A stretch of 64,000 nt of DNA, taken from the NCBI GenBank assembly GCA_044226925.1, contig JBGAGC010000001.1, forward strand, positions 474,862-538,861. The letters run 5' to 3'. The notes under the pieces were generated by a model. That model worked only from the letters and a program-made list of their open reading frames with translations, did no database searches and had not been told where the DNA came from. Below are positions 16,705 through 26,528 of this stretch, one piece after another. The DNA comes from Parachlamydiaceae bacterium (GTDB lineage: Bacteria; Chlamydiota; Chlamydiia; Chlamydiales; Parachlamydiaceae). The first letter of the stretch is position 1, and every line of letters starts with the position of its first letter. Both the position numbers and the translations under genes were made by a program.

Positions 16705-17745
16705 TTAATAAGTACGTTCAGTTAGAATCTCTGCCACTTGTTTGGCTGCATAGGTCAAAATGAAATCTGCCCCAGCCCGTTTAATAGCAATAAGAGATTC
16801 TTCAAAAACGCGTTTTGCGTTGAGCCATCCATTTTGAGCAGCTGCCATGACCATGGCATATTCTCCGCTGACATGATAGGCTCCAAGAGGTAATGTCGTG
16901 ACTTCTCTAACTTTAGCAAGAACATCTAAGTAAGGCAAAGCAGGCTTGATGAGAAGCATATCTGCTCCTTCCAGCTCATCCAGCTGGCACTCTAGCAAAG
17001 CTTCGCGCACATTGGCGGGATTCATCTGATAAGTTTTTTTATCTCCAAACTTAGGTGCAGAATTTAAAGCCTCTCGAAAAGGTCCGTAAAAAGCCGAGGC
17101 ATATTTGGCTGCGTAAGATAAAATGCCTACAGAAGAAAAACCAGCCTCATCCAAAACTGCACGAATGTATGCGACTCTTCCATCCATCATATCGCTTGGA
17201 GCTACAATGTCAGCTCCTGCTTCAGCTGCTAATACAGACATTTGCCCTAGCACCTGCAAAGTCAAATCATTTTCAATAATTCCTTGTTGGTTGACAACAC
17301 CATCATGTCCGTGATCTGTAAAAGGATCCAATGCAATATCCACCATGAGGCACATGTCGGGAACTTCTTTTTTAAGCAAACGAATTGCTTGCTGTAGTAA
17401 ATTACCCTCTCTAATAGCTTCAGAGCCTGCAGCATCTTTTTTTTCAATAGGAACATAACAAAAAAGATCTACAGACCGAATTCCCAAACGATGCAGAGCC
17501 ATCACTTCTTTGATAAGAAGATCTAAAGAATAACGAAAAATGCCAGGCATGCTGGCAATAATTTGCTGTTGAGAATGTCCTTCAACAATAAATAAAGGCG
17601 CAACAAGTTGGCTGGGATGTAAATGCGTCTCTTGAACTAAACCTCGAATCGCCGCTGTTTGACGATTGCGCCTTGGACGACGGTTAAGAGCTTGTTGAAC
17701 ATCAGACTGTAAAAAAAGAGAAGAGGGAGTAGAAAAAGTTGTCAT
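16705..17745 (-). CDS. hemB: porphobilinogen synthase (delta-aminolevulinate dehydratase)
   Basis: 346 aa. Motifs RRPRRNR, the Asp-rich metal site DIALDPFTDHGHDGV, LLIKPALPYLDV and YHVSGEYAM. Confidence 0.9.
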   Translation of the reverse strand: MTTFSTPSSLFLQSDVQQALNRRPRRNRQTAAIRGLVQETHLHPSQLVAPLFIVEGHSQQQIIASMPGIFRYSLDLLIKEVMALHRLGIRSVDLFCYVPIEKKDAAGSEAIREGNLLQQAIRLLKKEVPDMCLMVDIALDPFTDHGHDGVVNQQGIIENDLTLQVLGQMSVLAAEAGADIVAPSDMMDGRVAYIRAVLDEAGFSSVGILSYAAKYASAFYGPFREALNSAPKFGDKKTYQMNPANVREALLECQLDELEGADMLLIKPALPYLDVLAKVREVTTLPLGAYHVSGEYAMVMAAAQNGWLNAKRVFEESLIAIKRAGADFILTYAAKQVAEILTERTY

Positions 17746-18063
17746 GACGAAGTATAAAATAGAATTCTAAAAAATTTAAGCATACAAAATGACATGATAT
17801 AACGTCTTTCGATTAATTGTAAAATGATCTTGCATTTCTAAAACTTTAATCAAACATTGTGAGCAAAATTATTTTATTAATTAAAAATTAAGGCATTCAT
17901 ATCAACGCAAATTTAATTAAGATTTGAACAAACAATCAATTAATCAAAAAATTATGGGGTTTTATTTAAAGAAATCTTTGATGAGATTGCATCTCATGCT
18001 TTTAAAGAATTCGTTTTTCAACAAATAGCCATTTTTAATGGGAAAAATAATTAGAAATTTATC

Positions 18064-18125
18064 CTTAGAGTATGTTTCTGAGTTGCTAAAGTGCTTGTTT
18101 AAGCAATTCAGAAACATACTCTAAG
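18064..18125. repeat. palindromic intergenic repeat (family 1, CAATTCAGA subfamily), probable terminator overlapping the yihY stop codon
   Basis: CTTAGAGTATGTTTCTGAGTTGC...GCAATTCAGAAACATACTCTAAG, with a 14-bp perfect stem GAGTATGTTTCTGA/TCAGAAACATACTC. Half-copies containing CAATTCAGAG occur at about 33579, 33755 and 56383. Confidence 0.75.
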
Positions 18126-19035
18126 CTTTTTTTATCTCTTGATCATGTTGAATATGATAAGTCAGTTCGGCTCCGAAAATAACGATAAGCCAACTATAAT
18201 TTAGCCAAATAAGAAAAAGAGGAATAGCTGCAAAGCTTCCATAAATGAGGCCATAACTGGCGGCATTGGCTTGAAAGGTTACATAAATCCACTGCCATAG
18301 CAGATAAATAAGTCCTGTAATCACACCAGCAATAATTCCAGCCGTCCAGGATACCTTGGTATTCGGCAAATAAATGTAAATAAAGCTGAGAAATCCCCAA
18401 CTTACCGCATAAGCGGTTATTTGAAATAAATATTTCACCACGGGACCTAAAAATTTCAGAAATGTGATCGATTCAATCACTCTGTTAGCCGTTTCAGACA
18501 TATAGAGCAAAATACTGCTAGAGCCCACTAAAAAAATGGGAAAAAAAAGAATCATCGGGACATAGCTTTTAATTTGCTGCCATAAAGTCCTAGATTCGAC
18601 TTTCCAAATATCATTAAAAAAAGAAGAAATATTTCCAATCATCCTCAAAACAGTCCAAAGAAGAACAACTAATCCAAATGCCGCAATCACTCCGCCTTTA
18701 GTGGTTCTTAAAGTGGCATCAGAAAATTGAATAATTTTTTCTGCAACCTGTGGCTGACTACTCAAATTGTTTTTAACTTGTTCTTCAAATTGATCTGCAA
18801 ATCCTAATTCTTGGGCAATGCCAAATCCAATTGCAACTAAAGGGACAAGAGAAAGCAGGAAATAGAACGTCAACGTCGATGCTTTGTCAAAACCCTTATC
18901 TTCCATAAAACCCTGAATCGAAGAAATCAAAATTCTTAAACATTTATAACAAAAGCCTTTTATTGATCTTTCCTGAGGCTGAACTTTCCAAATATCCTTC
19001 TGAAAAAAGTCAATATAACGTTTAAATAGCTTCAT
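18121..19035 (-). CDS. YihY/BrkB (ribonuclease BN-like) family inner-membrane protein
   Basis: 304 aa, polytopic. KASTLTFYFLLSLVPLVA and the C-terminal FGAELTY motif are typical of the YihY family. Confidence 0.75.
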   Translation of the reverse strand: MKLFKRYIDFFQKDIWKVQPQERSIKGFCYKCLRILISSIQGFMEDKGFDKASTLTFYFLLSLVPLVAIGFGIAQELGFADQFEEQVKNNLSSQPQVAEKIIQFSDATLRTTKGGVIAAFGLVVLLWTVLRMIGNISSFFNDIWKVESRTLWQQIKSYVPMILFFPIFLVGSSSILLYMSETANRVIESITFLKFLGPVVKYLFQITAYAVSWGFLSFIYIYLPNTKVSWTAGIIAGVITGLIYLLWQWIYVTFQANAASYGLIYGSFAAIPLFLIWLNYSWLIVIFGAELTYHIQHDQEIKKA

Positions 19036-19382
19036 TTTTGCTCATTTTGTTCATTTATGCTAATGCTCAAATTATCAAATTAAAAATAAAATAACCAAAT
19101 CATCTAAGGTAAAATCAATTTTTTAATATAAATACTTAAGAACCTGTACTAAGCGTTTGCTTAAAGCAAGAGATGAGCCTGAATTTTGCGAAGGGATTGA
19201 CGTATTTAAAAAAGTTATAGAATCAACGACTTAGCACTCCCTAAACATTTATTAGGATTGCAACTTCCAAAACTTTTTTTGATGTGTTAAGCTAAGATTT
19301 TGAAGACTACCCCTAAGAAATAGGGATTGTCTGACACTTCGAGAGAAAAAATTTTAAAATATTTTCAAACTTGAGTTTTGGG

Positions 19383-19874
19383 ATGACTTTGATTCGTCAA
19401 ATTGGACAATTGATTCCTGTCTTTCAAATGCAAGACTCTAAAGGACAGATCATGACTCCGGATCATTTCCTTGGCCATCCTACAATCCTTTATTTTTATC
19501 CGAAGGACGATACGCCAGACTGCACTCAACAAGCTTGCGACCTTCGAGACCATAAAATATTATTTGATCAGGTGAATGCCATAGTCATTGGGATAAGTCC
19601 AGACACGGCCGCTTCCCACCAACAATTTATGAGTAACCATGCCTTAAACTTCATTCTTGTTCCTGATCCCTATCATGAGTTATGTAGCTTGTTTGGTGTT
19701 TGGGAAGAAAAAAAGGGAAAAGGTTCACCTCAATGGCAAGTGACGCGAACAACATTTGTGATAGATGCAAAAGGCATTATTCGCTGGATAGAAAAACCGG
19801 TTGTTGTCGAAGGACATGCTGAACGAGTCCTTCAAGCCTTGCACAACCTACCGAAAGTTTCAGACGCCGCTTGA
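19383..19874 (+). CDS. bcp: thiol peroxidase / peroxiredoxin Bcp
   Basis: FYPKDDTPDCTQQACDLRD is the peroxidatic Cys motif. ATG 19383 is preferred over the TTG at 19371. Confidence 0.85.
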   Translation: MTLIRQIGQLIPVFQMQDSKGQIMTPDHFLGHPTILYFYPKDDTPDCTQQACDLRDHKILFDQVNAIVIGISPDTAASHQQFMSNHALNFILVPDPYHELCSLFGVWEEKKGKGSPQWQVTRTTFVIDAKGIIRWIEKPVVVEGHAERVLQALHNLPKVSDAA

Positions 19875-20912
19875 AAGTTGTTGGAAAACGCGTCGATGAC
19901 CCGAAGAAAAAGCCAACTGTTTAAGCGCTTCATGCGAAATCCACTCAAACTCTTCAATCTGCTTAGGCTTTTGGGATATAAACAAGATGGGATAAAGACG
20001 CACGTTGTAACGAGTAAATCCGTGACTGACTTCTTGTAAAATTTGTTTTTGTAAAACGGGCAGTTCAAATTGTTGTTCGATTTTTTTCTGTAAAAGTTGA
20101 GCAGAAAAACCTTCCTTTTCGACTTCAAAATAAGGAAACTCATAAAGATCGGACATAATCGCTCCCTTTTTGCCACGCTTCACCAGATAAGCAGAATTGC
20201 ATTGAACGACTGCTACTGCACGATATAAATACTCTGTCTTTGTTGTTTTAGATTTAATAGGTAGTAAGTCGACAATCCCTTTTTTGAAAGCGATGCAACT
20301 GCTTTGTAGCGGACATAGTTGACAACGTGCTTTACGCTGACAAATAGTCGCTCCCAATTCAATTAAAGCTTCATTAATTATCCAAGGCTCTTCATCGGGC
20401 AAAAGAGCTTGCATGAGTTGCCGTAATCGATTAACTGTTGCAGGCTTAGCAATGTCTTCTTCTAGACCAAAATAACGGCTTAACACACGAATGACATTTC
20501 CATCTACAGCAGCTTTTTTTTGATGAAAAGCAAAACTTAAAATGGCCCCAATGGTATAAGGTCCTAAACCTTTAATTTTTTTAAGCTGTTCTTCTTCCTG
20601 AGGAAGCTGACCATCAAAGCACTCCACTAAATAGTGAGCTGCTTCATGTAAATGACGGACGCGAGAGTAATAACCTAGTCCTTCCCATGCTTTAATGACT
20701 TCATCTAAAGACGCTGCAGCTAAGTGGCGAATTGTAGGAAACCGCTGCATCCAATTGAGAAAATAAGGAATGACAACTGCAACTTGAGTTTGTTGCAACA
20801 TGACCTCTGAAATCCAAATCGCATAAGGATCAAGTGTTTGACGCCAAGGCAAATCTCTTTTTTCTACTGCAAACCAAGTTTTTAGGCGTTGATAATCTAA
20901 CTGTCTTTCCAT
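19860..20912 (-). CDS. mutY: A/G-specific adenine DNA glycosylase
   Basis: 350 aa. Motifs LPWR, WISEVMLQQTQV, GLGYYSRVRHL and GLGPYTIGAI, the Fe-S cluster CQRKARCQLCPLQSSC, and a NUDIX-like C-terminal domain. Confidence 0.9.
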   Translation of the reverse strand: MERQLDYQRLKTWFAVEKRDLPWRQTLDPYAIWISEVMLQQTQVAVVIPYFLNWMQRFPTIRHLAAASLDEVIKAWEGLGYYSRVRHLHEAAHYLVECFDGQLPQEEEQLKKIKGLGPYTIGAILSFAFHQKKAAVDGNVIRVLSRYFGLEEDIAKPATVNRLRQLMQALLPDEEPWIINEALIELGATICQRKARCQLCPLQSSCIAFKKGIVDLLPIKSKTTKTEYLYRAVAVVQCNSAYLVKRGKKGAIMSDLYEFPYFEVEKEGFSAQLLQKKIEQQFELPVLQKQILQEVSHGFTRYNVRLYPILFISQKPKQIEEFEWISHEALKQLAFSSGHRRVFQQLSSGV

Positions 20913-21049
20913 GATGTAAATTTTTGATTATAAAAGGAATTATCATAAGAAATTTGCATTTAAAGCGCACGATTTTTGAAAATAGAAAACACACAGCTTT
21001 TGAGGGGTGAAGGAACATCTTTAAGAAGAACATGTAAGTTTGAGAATGA

Positions 21050-21550
21050 TTAACGCATAGGAAGCCAATTACGACGTTGTCCTACGGTTTTACTGCGGCG
21101 TTCTTTTGCAACTTTTGGATCATGAGGCATATGATCGCGCAGCAAAGGGTTCTTTTTGGCTTCTTTTTTAGCCAGTTCTTCTTCTTCTTGTAATTCTTTA
21201 GGGGATTTGACCGAATTGCTGAGTTCTTTTCGCTTGTTTTGCATCTCTCTCCAAGCATCAGCATTAGGAAAATTAGCAGGATTATCGAGAAACTCTTTGA
21301 GATATTTAGGTGTCCAGCCGGTCGCTTCTAGAGCCTGGCTAATCAGGCGGTCGATCTTTTCATAAGCCTTTTTCATTTCAGCCACGATTTTTAAGGCTTC
21401 ATCGACTGTAACATCGTCATCTTTGCCTTTTACTCTTTTTTCTTCCTTTGTTCCCTCTTTAATATGCTGAGCAAAAGGTAAAGGAGGAGGAGGCGCATCC
21501 TTTAAAGATTTGGGTTTAGGTAGCTTAGATTTATCTGAATCTTGGGCCAT
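21050..21550 (-). CDS. hypothetical charged (Lys/Glu-rich) protein
   Basis: 166-aa ORF with no TM segment and no recognised family. Coding-like composition. Lies divergent from greA. Confidence 0.5.
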   Translation of the reverse strand: MAQDSDKSKLPKPKSLKDAPPPPLPFAQHIKEGTKEEKRVKGKDDDVTVDEALKIVAEMKKAYEKIDRLISQALEATGWTPKYLKEFLDNPANFPNADAWREMQNKRKELSNSVKSPKELQEEEELAKKEAKKNPLLRDHMPHDPKVAKERRSKTVGQRRNWLPMR

Positions 21551-21783
21551 AATAACCTCTATATTGATTACCCTATATTACTATTTTAACAAAAAAATAT
21601 TATTTAGGGTATTAGCATCCAACATTTAATCACTATAAACTGACATTGAAATTAATAAAGTGAAAAGATATATTGCTTCACACAGAGCTTATACAAAATT
21701 TAAAAACAAGGGTTTTAGGTAAGTAAGAGGCTTTAAGTTTTATTTGCCAAAACCGGTTAAATAAACAAACAAAGGTTTGGGTG

Positions 21784-23955
21784 ATGGGTTATTTAAAGGA
21801 GTTTTTGACACAAATCAATAACCGCGATTTTCATAAATTTCTTGTACTTTGGGAAGAATACTGTACGAGTGATGTCATCGATTCAGAAGAATTCAGTCAA
21901 TTATTAAAAGTTATTAAAACTTCTGATTTAGCCCGTCATTTTGGGCAAATTATTGAAACAGCACTCCCTTTGTGGAGAACAATTCAAGACAAGGAAGCTT
22001 CTTATGAAATTTTACGTTTGCTAATTGATCTTCAAACAACCAATAGTCCAGCTTTAGCAGATGTTACAATGGAGGCTCTTAAGGACAAGTATGGCCAAGA
22101 TCCTAAATTCAACGAACGCCTTCGTTTAATAGGCTTGCGCAATAAGGAAAATTTCCAAGGAGCCCTTTCCAAATACGACTTATTAGCCCATATGGCCAAA
22201 AATAACATCGTGTTCCATACAGGTGGATGGGGAACAGGAGAAATCGTCGATGTTTCTTTTGTTCGTGAGCATCTTGTCATTGAGTTTGAAAACGTTAGTG
22301 GACGCAAAGATCTTTCTTTTGTCAATGCTTTTAAAACCTTGATTCCTCTGCCTAGCCGGCACTTTCTCGCCCGTCGCTTTTCCAATCCTGATAAACTAGA
22401 ACAGGACGGACGTGAAGATCCCATCGCTTTAGTTAAACTGCTTTTGCACGATTTAGGTCCTAAAACAGCTGCTGAAATTAAAGATGAGTTATGTGAATTA
22501 GTGATTCCTGAAAAAGATTGGACTAAATGGTGGCAAGGAGCTAGGGCGAAAATTAAAAAGAACCCTATTATTGAATCGCCAGATTCTCTTAAAGAACCCT
22601 TCTATTTAAGAAAAGCAGAGCTGACACCTGAAGAGCGTTTACAACAAGCGATGCAGAATAAAACAGATGTGAATCAAATTATTCAAGCAACTTATAATTT
22701 TGTACGCGATACTCCAAGTGCCCTTAAAAATCCTACAACTAAAGAATCCCTACAAAATAAATTGCTCCAATTACTAGAAATTCCTCAAATTAGTAAAGAG
22801 CAGCAACTGCAAACTTATTTACTTCTGGAACAATTTTTTGGATATCAAGCTGCCGAAGAACGCATTATCCAACTTATTCAACAGCAGTCAGATTTAGAGA
22901 AAATTATTCATTCTATTGATATCGTTGCGTTTAAAAAACGCGCCTTAGTTGCCATTAAAGATTATCGACAAGATTGGATTTCTTTGTTCCTTTCTCTTCT
23001 ATTTACTCTTCCTCAAGCACAATTGCGTGATTACATTTTGCGTGAACTTAATCGCAAAGAAGAAACCCGAAAACTTGTAGAGAAAAAACTTGAAGAACTG
23101 CTTGTTCATCCTGCGCAATATCCAGATATGTTTGTTTGGTATTTCCAAAAGATTATCGGGGAAGAGGAAAATGAAATTCCTTTCCAAAATCAAGAAGGAA
23201 GAAATAAATTTTTTGAAGCTTTCTTTATTTTGTTTAGCATATTAGAAAATCAGCCTGAACAGCGCGAATTGCTCAAGAAAATGTATAGCATGCTATCGAG
23301 CCAGCGCTATGCTCTTGTCAGACAACTTTTACAGGGAAGTAGCTTAGAACTTGCGAAAGAATTGCTATTATTAGCTTCAAAGTGTCAAACTTTGACAGGC
23401 CATGACATGAAAATTTTACGTTCGCTTACTGAAGTCGTTCATCCTTCACTAGCTGCTCCTAAGCAACGAAAAGGAGGACAAGCAGAGGAAGATGAAGAGA
23501 TTTGGACTACAGAGGAAGGCTACCTCAAAATTCAAGAGCGCGTCCGCCAAATTGGAACTGTAGAAATGGTAGAAAATGCGCGTGAAATTGAAGCAGCACG
23601 AGCGCTTGGTGATTTGCGCGAAAACTCAGAATTTAAGTTTGCACAAGAAAGACGAGCCAGGTTACAATCCGAACTTAAAACTTTATCCTCCCAATTAAAT
23701 CGCGCACGTATTATTACTCCAGAAGATGTTCATGCAAATGAAATTGGCATTGGAAGTATAGTCACCGTTACTGATACTCAAGGAAATCAGGCGAACTATA
23801 CCATTTTAGGACCTTGGGACGCAGATCCAGACAGAAATATTTTGTCCTTTAATTCTAAGCTAGCCCAAACCATGATAGGTAAAAAAGCAGGACAAAGCTT
23901 TAATTTCCGAGATGAGAAATTTCAAATTGTAAACTTGGGTAGCTACTTTAAATAG
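21784..23955 (+). CDS. greA: transcription elongation factor GreA, long chlamydial form
   Basis: About 723 aa. The C-terminal 160 aa (EEGYLKIQERVRQI...GDLRENSEFKFAQERRARL...ILGPWDADPDRNILSFNSKLAQTMIGKKAG) form a canonical GreA coiled-coil plus globular domain. A roughly 560-aa N-terminal extension is present, as in Chlamydiae. Confidence 0.85.
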   Translation: MGYLKEFLTQINNRDFHKFLVLWEEYCTSDVIDSEEFSQLLKVIKTSDLARHFGQIIETALPLWRTIQDKEASYEILRLLIDLQTTNSPALADVTMEALKDKYGQDPKFNERLRLIGLRNKENFQGALSKYDLLAHMAKNNIVFHTGGWGTGEIVDVSFVREHLVIEFENVSGRKDLSFVNAFKTLIPLPSRHFLARRFSNPDKLEQDGREDPIALVKLLLHDLGPKTAAEIKDELCELVIPEKDWTKWWQGARAKIKKNPIIESPDSLKEPFYLRKAELTPEERLQQAMQNKTDVNQIIQATYNFVRDTPSALKNPTTKESLQNKLLQLLEIPQISKEQQLQTYLLLEQFFGYQAAEERIIQLIQQQSDLEKIIHSIDIVAFKKRALVAIKDYRQDWISLFLSLLFTLPQAQLRDYILRELNRKEETRKLVEKKLEELLVHPAQYPDMFVWYFQKIIGEEENEIPFQNQEGRNKFFEAFFILFSILENQPEQRELLKKMYSMLSSQRYALVRQLLQGSSLELAKELLLLASKCQTLTGHDMKILRSLTEVVHPSLAAPKQRKGGQAEEDEEIWTTEEGYLKIQERVRQIGTVEMVENAREIEAARALGDLRENSEFKFAQERRARLQSELKTLSSQLNRARIITPEDVHANEIGIGSIVTVTDTQGNQANYTILGPWDADPDRNILSFNSKLAQTMIGKKAGQSFNFRDEKFQIVNLGSYFK

Positions 23956-23972
23956 TCGGCACTATTGTTGTT

Positions 23973-24575
23973 ATGGAACTTCTTTTAGCAACTGCTAATC
24001 TACACAAGATTCGAGAGTTCAGGGACATGTTTAAGTCCCTGACTTACATCGAGCTCATATCCTTGCATCAATTTAATCATTACAGTTCACCCGAAGAGAC
24101 AGGCAAAACTTTTAAAGAGAATGCTATTCTCAAAGCAGAACACGCTGCTAAGCATCTCAACAGATGGGTATTAGCCGACGATTCCGGACTTGTTGTCCCA
24201 GCTTTAAATGGCGCGCCTGGAGTCCAATCAAGGCGTTATGCTGGCCCTGAAGCAACGGACGCTGAAAATCGCACAAAACTTCTCCAAGCTATGCATCATT
24301 TAAGAAATCCGCAAGAGCGGACTGCTTATTTTGAATGTTGTTTAGCTATTGCAAGTCCTGAAGGATTGAAAAAATGCGTGGAAGGCATTTGTGAAGGATA
24401 TATCGTGAAAGAGTCAAGAGGCCGCTATGGATTTGGCTATGATCCTTTATTCATTAAGAATGACTATGAAAAGACATTTGGAGAGCTCGAAGATACTGTT
24501 AAAAATCGCGTTTCTCACCGCCGCAAAGCTTTTGAGCGTCTTCTGACATTTCTAGAAACGCTAAAAAAAGCTTAA
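23973..24575 (+). CDS. rdgB: dITP/XTP pyrophosphatase (RdgB/HAM1 family)
   Basis: 200 aa. Motifs LATANLHKIREF, DDSGL, FGYDPLF and SHRRKAF. Confidence 0.85.
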   Translation: MELLLATANLHKIREFRDMFKSLTYIELISLHQFNHYSSPEETGKTFKENAILKAEHAAKHLNRWVLADDSGLVVPALNGAPGVQSRRYAGPEATDAENRTKLLQAMHHLRNPQERTAYFECCLAIASPEGLKKCVEGICEGYIVKESRGRYGFGYDPLFIKNDYEKTFGELEDTVKNRVSHRRKAFERLLTFLETLKKA

Positions 24576-24579
24576 CCTC

Positions 24580-25320
24580 ATGCATTATTTCATCGATGGC
24601 TATAACATGCTTTTCCGCTTGGTTCATAGCAACGATGACCTGCAAACCCAGCGTGAATCTTTTATTTATGATCTAAACAAAAAAATTTCTCTACTTAAGC
24701 TGGATGTTTCTATTGTTTTTGATTCTACTTTTCAAATTGGCGATCGGTCTCGCTCTCATTATGATGCATTAGAAATCCTTTTCTCTGCCGAAGGAGAAAC
24801 TGCCGATGAATATATCTTAGATGAACTGAAAAATCATCTTCATCCGCAACAAGAAACCATTGTCACTTCTGATAAAAAATTAGCATGGCGAGCACGCAAT
24901 CGTCTAGCCCATACAGAAAGTGTAGAAGACTTTATCTTTTGGCTAAATCGATCTTATAAAAATAAATCGAAGCAACTAAAAAAAGAACATCATCCTCTCC
25001 CTAAATCCACCCTTCCTCCTCGTCCCCCTCTACGCCCCTTGATTCCAGCTAAAGACGCTCCTTTAGAAGCTTATGCGGATTACTATACTCAAGTCTTTGA
25101 ATCTGAATGGCAAGAAATTTTAAAAGAAGAACAAACACGTCAACAAGATCTTGCTCCAGCAACAGCTTCTAAGCGTCCTCCAAGAAAGCCGAAGCAGCGC
25201 CGCGATCCTTTTCAACCTACCCCTACCCCAGAAGAACAACAAGCAACAGAAATGGAACGTTGGTTAAAAGCTTTTGAAAAGCGTTTATCTGATCCCAACG
25301 ATCCATTTTCAAAATACTAA
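24580..25320 (+). CDS. NYN/YacP-like predicted RNA-binding nuclease domain protein with Pro/Gln-rich C-terminal extension
   Basis: MHYFIDGYNMLF...VSIVFDS...TADEYI...IVTSDKKL matches the YacP/NYN layout. The last 110 aa or so are low-complexity (PLPKSTLPPRPPLRP). Confidence 0.65.
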   Translation: MHYFIDGYNMLFRLVHSNDDLQTQRESFIYDLNKKISLLKLDVSIVFDSTFQIGDRSRSHYDALEILFSAEGETADEYILDELKNHLHPQQETIVTSDKKLAWRARNRLAHTESVEDFIFWLNRSYKNKSKQLKKEHHPLPKSTLPPRPPLRPLIPAKDAPLEAYADYYTQVFESEWQEILKEEQTRQQDLAPATASKRPPRKPKQRRDPFQPTPTPEEQQATEMERWLKAFEKRLSDPNDPFSKY

Positions 25321-25579
25321 AGCAGCAGCTTATCATTCTTGCTAGTTCGCACGAGAGATCCGATTGATTATAGTTGCATGATGGTGAACTGATTCATGCA
25401 ATAAAAATAATAGAAAAAAAATTATAAAAAATGTTAATGTCCGTCAGCTTAAACCTTAAAAAGCAGTAAATTATGAAGTCAAATAGAGTTTTACTAATTT
25501 TTACATTATTCACTTTGTTGATAATACCAGCTTTACAAGCAGCTAATGGAGGTAACGGTGGACATGGTGGTCATTCGCT

Positions 25580-25720
25580 ACAAATCAAAATGAAATTGAT
25601 AAATGCTATGAATTAGGATGCAATTTCTATTTGACAAAATCTACAGATTATCAAACATTTTTTAACATGATTATATCATTAGGAGCTTTGCTCAAGACAC
25701 TAAAAGTGCCTGAGCATTGA
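25580..25720 (+). pseudogene. remnant of a response-regulator receiver domain (C-terminal about 46 codons only)
   Basis: The frame reads TNQNEIDKCYELGCNFYLTKSTDYQTFFNMIISLGALLKTLKVPEH*. This resembles the alpha4-beta5-alpha5 end of CheY-like receivers (G-a-x-d-Y-L-x-K-P pattern). The frame is closed by a TAA a few codons upstream, and no phospho-acceptor region is present. Confidence 0.35.
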
Positions 25721-25780
25721 AGATAGATCTGAAAATTGAGCGTCTAATTCAAGACCTCAAATTTCAGATACTTGAGTAAT

Positions 25781-26350
25781 CTAAGATTTTAGAATTTTAG
25801 ATACTTTTTGGTAGATAGCAAAGAGTTGCGGAAGCGGAATAATTTTTTTTACTCCCTTTTTTACACTTAAAATTTTCCTAGCTTCATCTATCAAATCAAG
25901 TTTTTTGTTTTCAATAGATTCTTCAATTCCTTCGATATCGTCATTCAATTCCTCCAACTTATTTTTGTGGTCTTTTAAAAGCTGATGCAAATGAAGAATT
26001 CTTCCTTTAGCTCTTTGGAGGAAAAAGAAATTCTCTTTAGAGCGAGCCTCTTTCTTACATGCAGGCAAACGCGCTGCCAATAAACTTATTTTTGTTTCTA
26101 TAAGATCAATATATGTGACTTCTTGTTCTTCAGCCTTTAAAGCCTTTTGATAAGCTTTTTTTTCTTCTTGCAGTAAGCAATTCAAATCATAGCGGTGTAA
26201 GAAATTGACTTTCAAAATATGTTTAATATTTTTCAGCAGATTGGTTTGAACCGTCTTTTTTCCTTTTTTTGAAATTACACTTTTTGGCTTTGGAAGAAGT
26301 TCTGTTGGCGATTGAGTATGATGATGACGTTTAGTAATTGGGTGGGGCAT
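25781..26350 (-). CDS. hypothetical coiled-coil protein
   Basis: 189-aa ORF, Lys/Glu/Leu-rich with heptad-like character. No recognised family. Confidence 0.5.
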   Translation of the reverse strand: MPHPITKRHHHTQSPTELLPKPKSVISKKGKKTVQTNLLKNIKHILKVNFLHRYDLNCLLQEEKKAYQKALKAEEQEVTYIDLIETKISLLAARLPACKKEARSKENFFFLQRAKGRILHLHQLLKDHKNKLEELNDDIEGIEESIENKKLDLIDEARKILSVKKGVKKIIPLPQLFAIYQKVSKILKS

Positions 26351-26528
26351 GAGTTCTCCTTATAAAAATTATTCAAATATTCAATTTTTAATTGTTTTAA
26401 AATTAACAGGTTAAATTTGTCAAAAAATTTAAAGGTTTTGCTAATTTATTACCAGAAATTGTTTGCAACTTTGCCTGTAATTCTAGTTGCTGATATGCTG
26501 GCAAATTTAAACATAATAAGGAAATTTT

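Noticed and set aside
19860-19874. 15-nt convergent overlap of the bcp and mutY 3' ends
   Set aside because: Short convergent overlaps are common in compact genomes. Both genes are otherwise canonical, so this is not considered noteworthy.
19832-20176. 114-aa minus-strand ORF, plus other alternative-frame or antisense ORFs in the track (for example 2244-2471, 2437-2685, 4227-4671, 6050-6686, 8407-8700, 17055-17456, 22032-22424, 36251-36541, 39568-39852)
   Set aside because: All lie inside longer ORFs that carry clear family motifs, and they are of the size expected by chance in AT-rich sequence.
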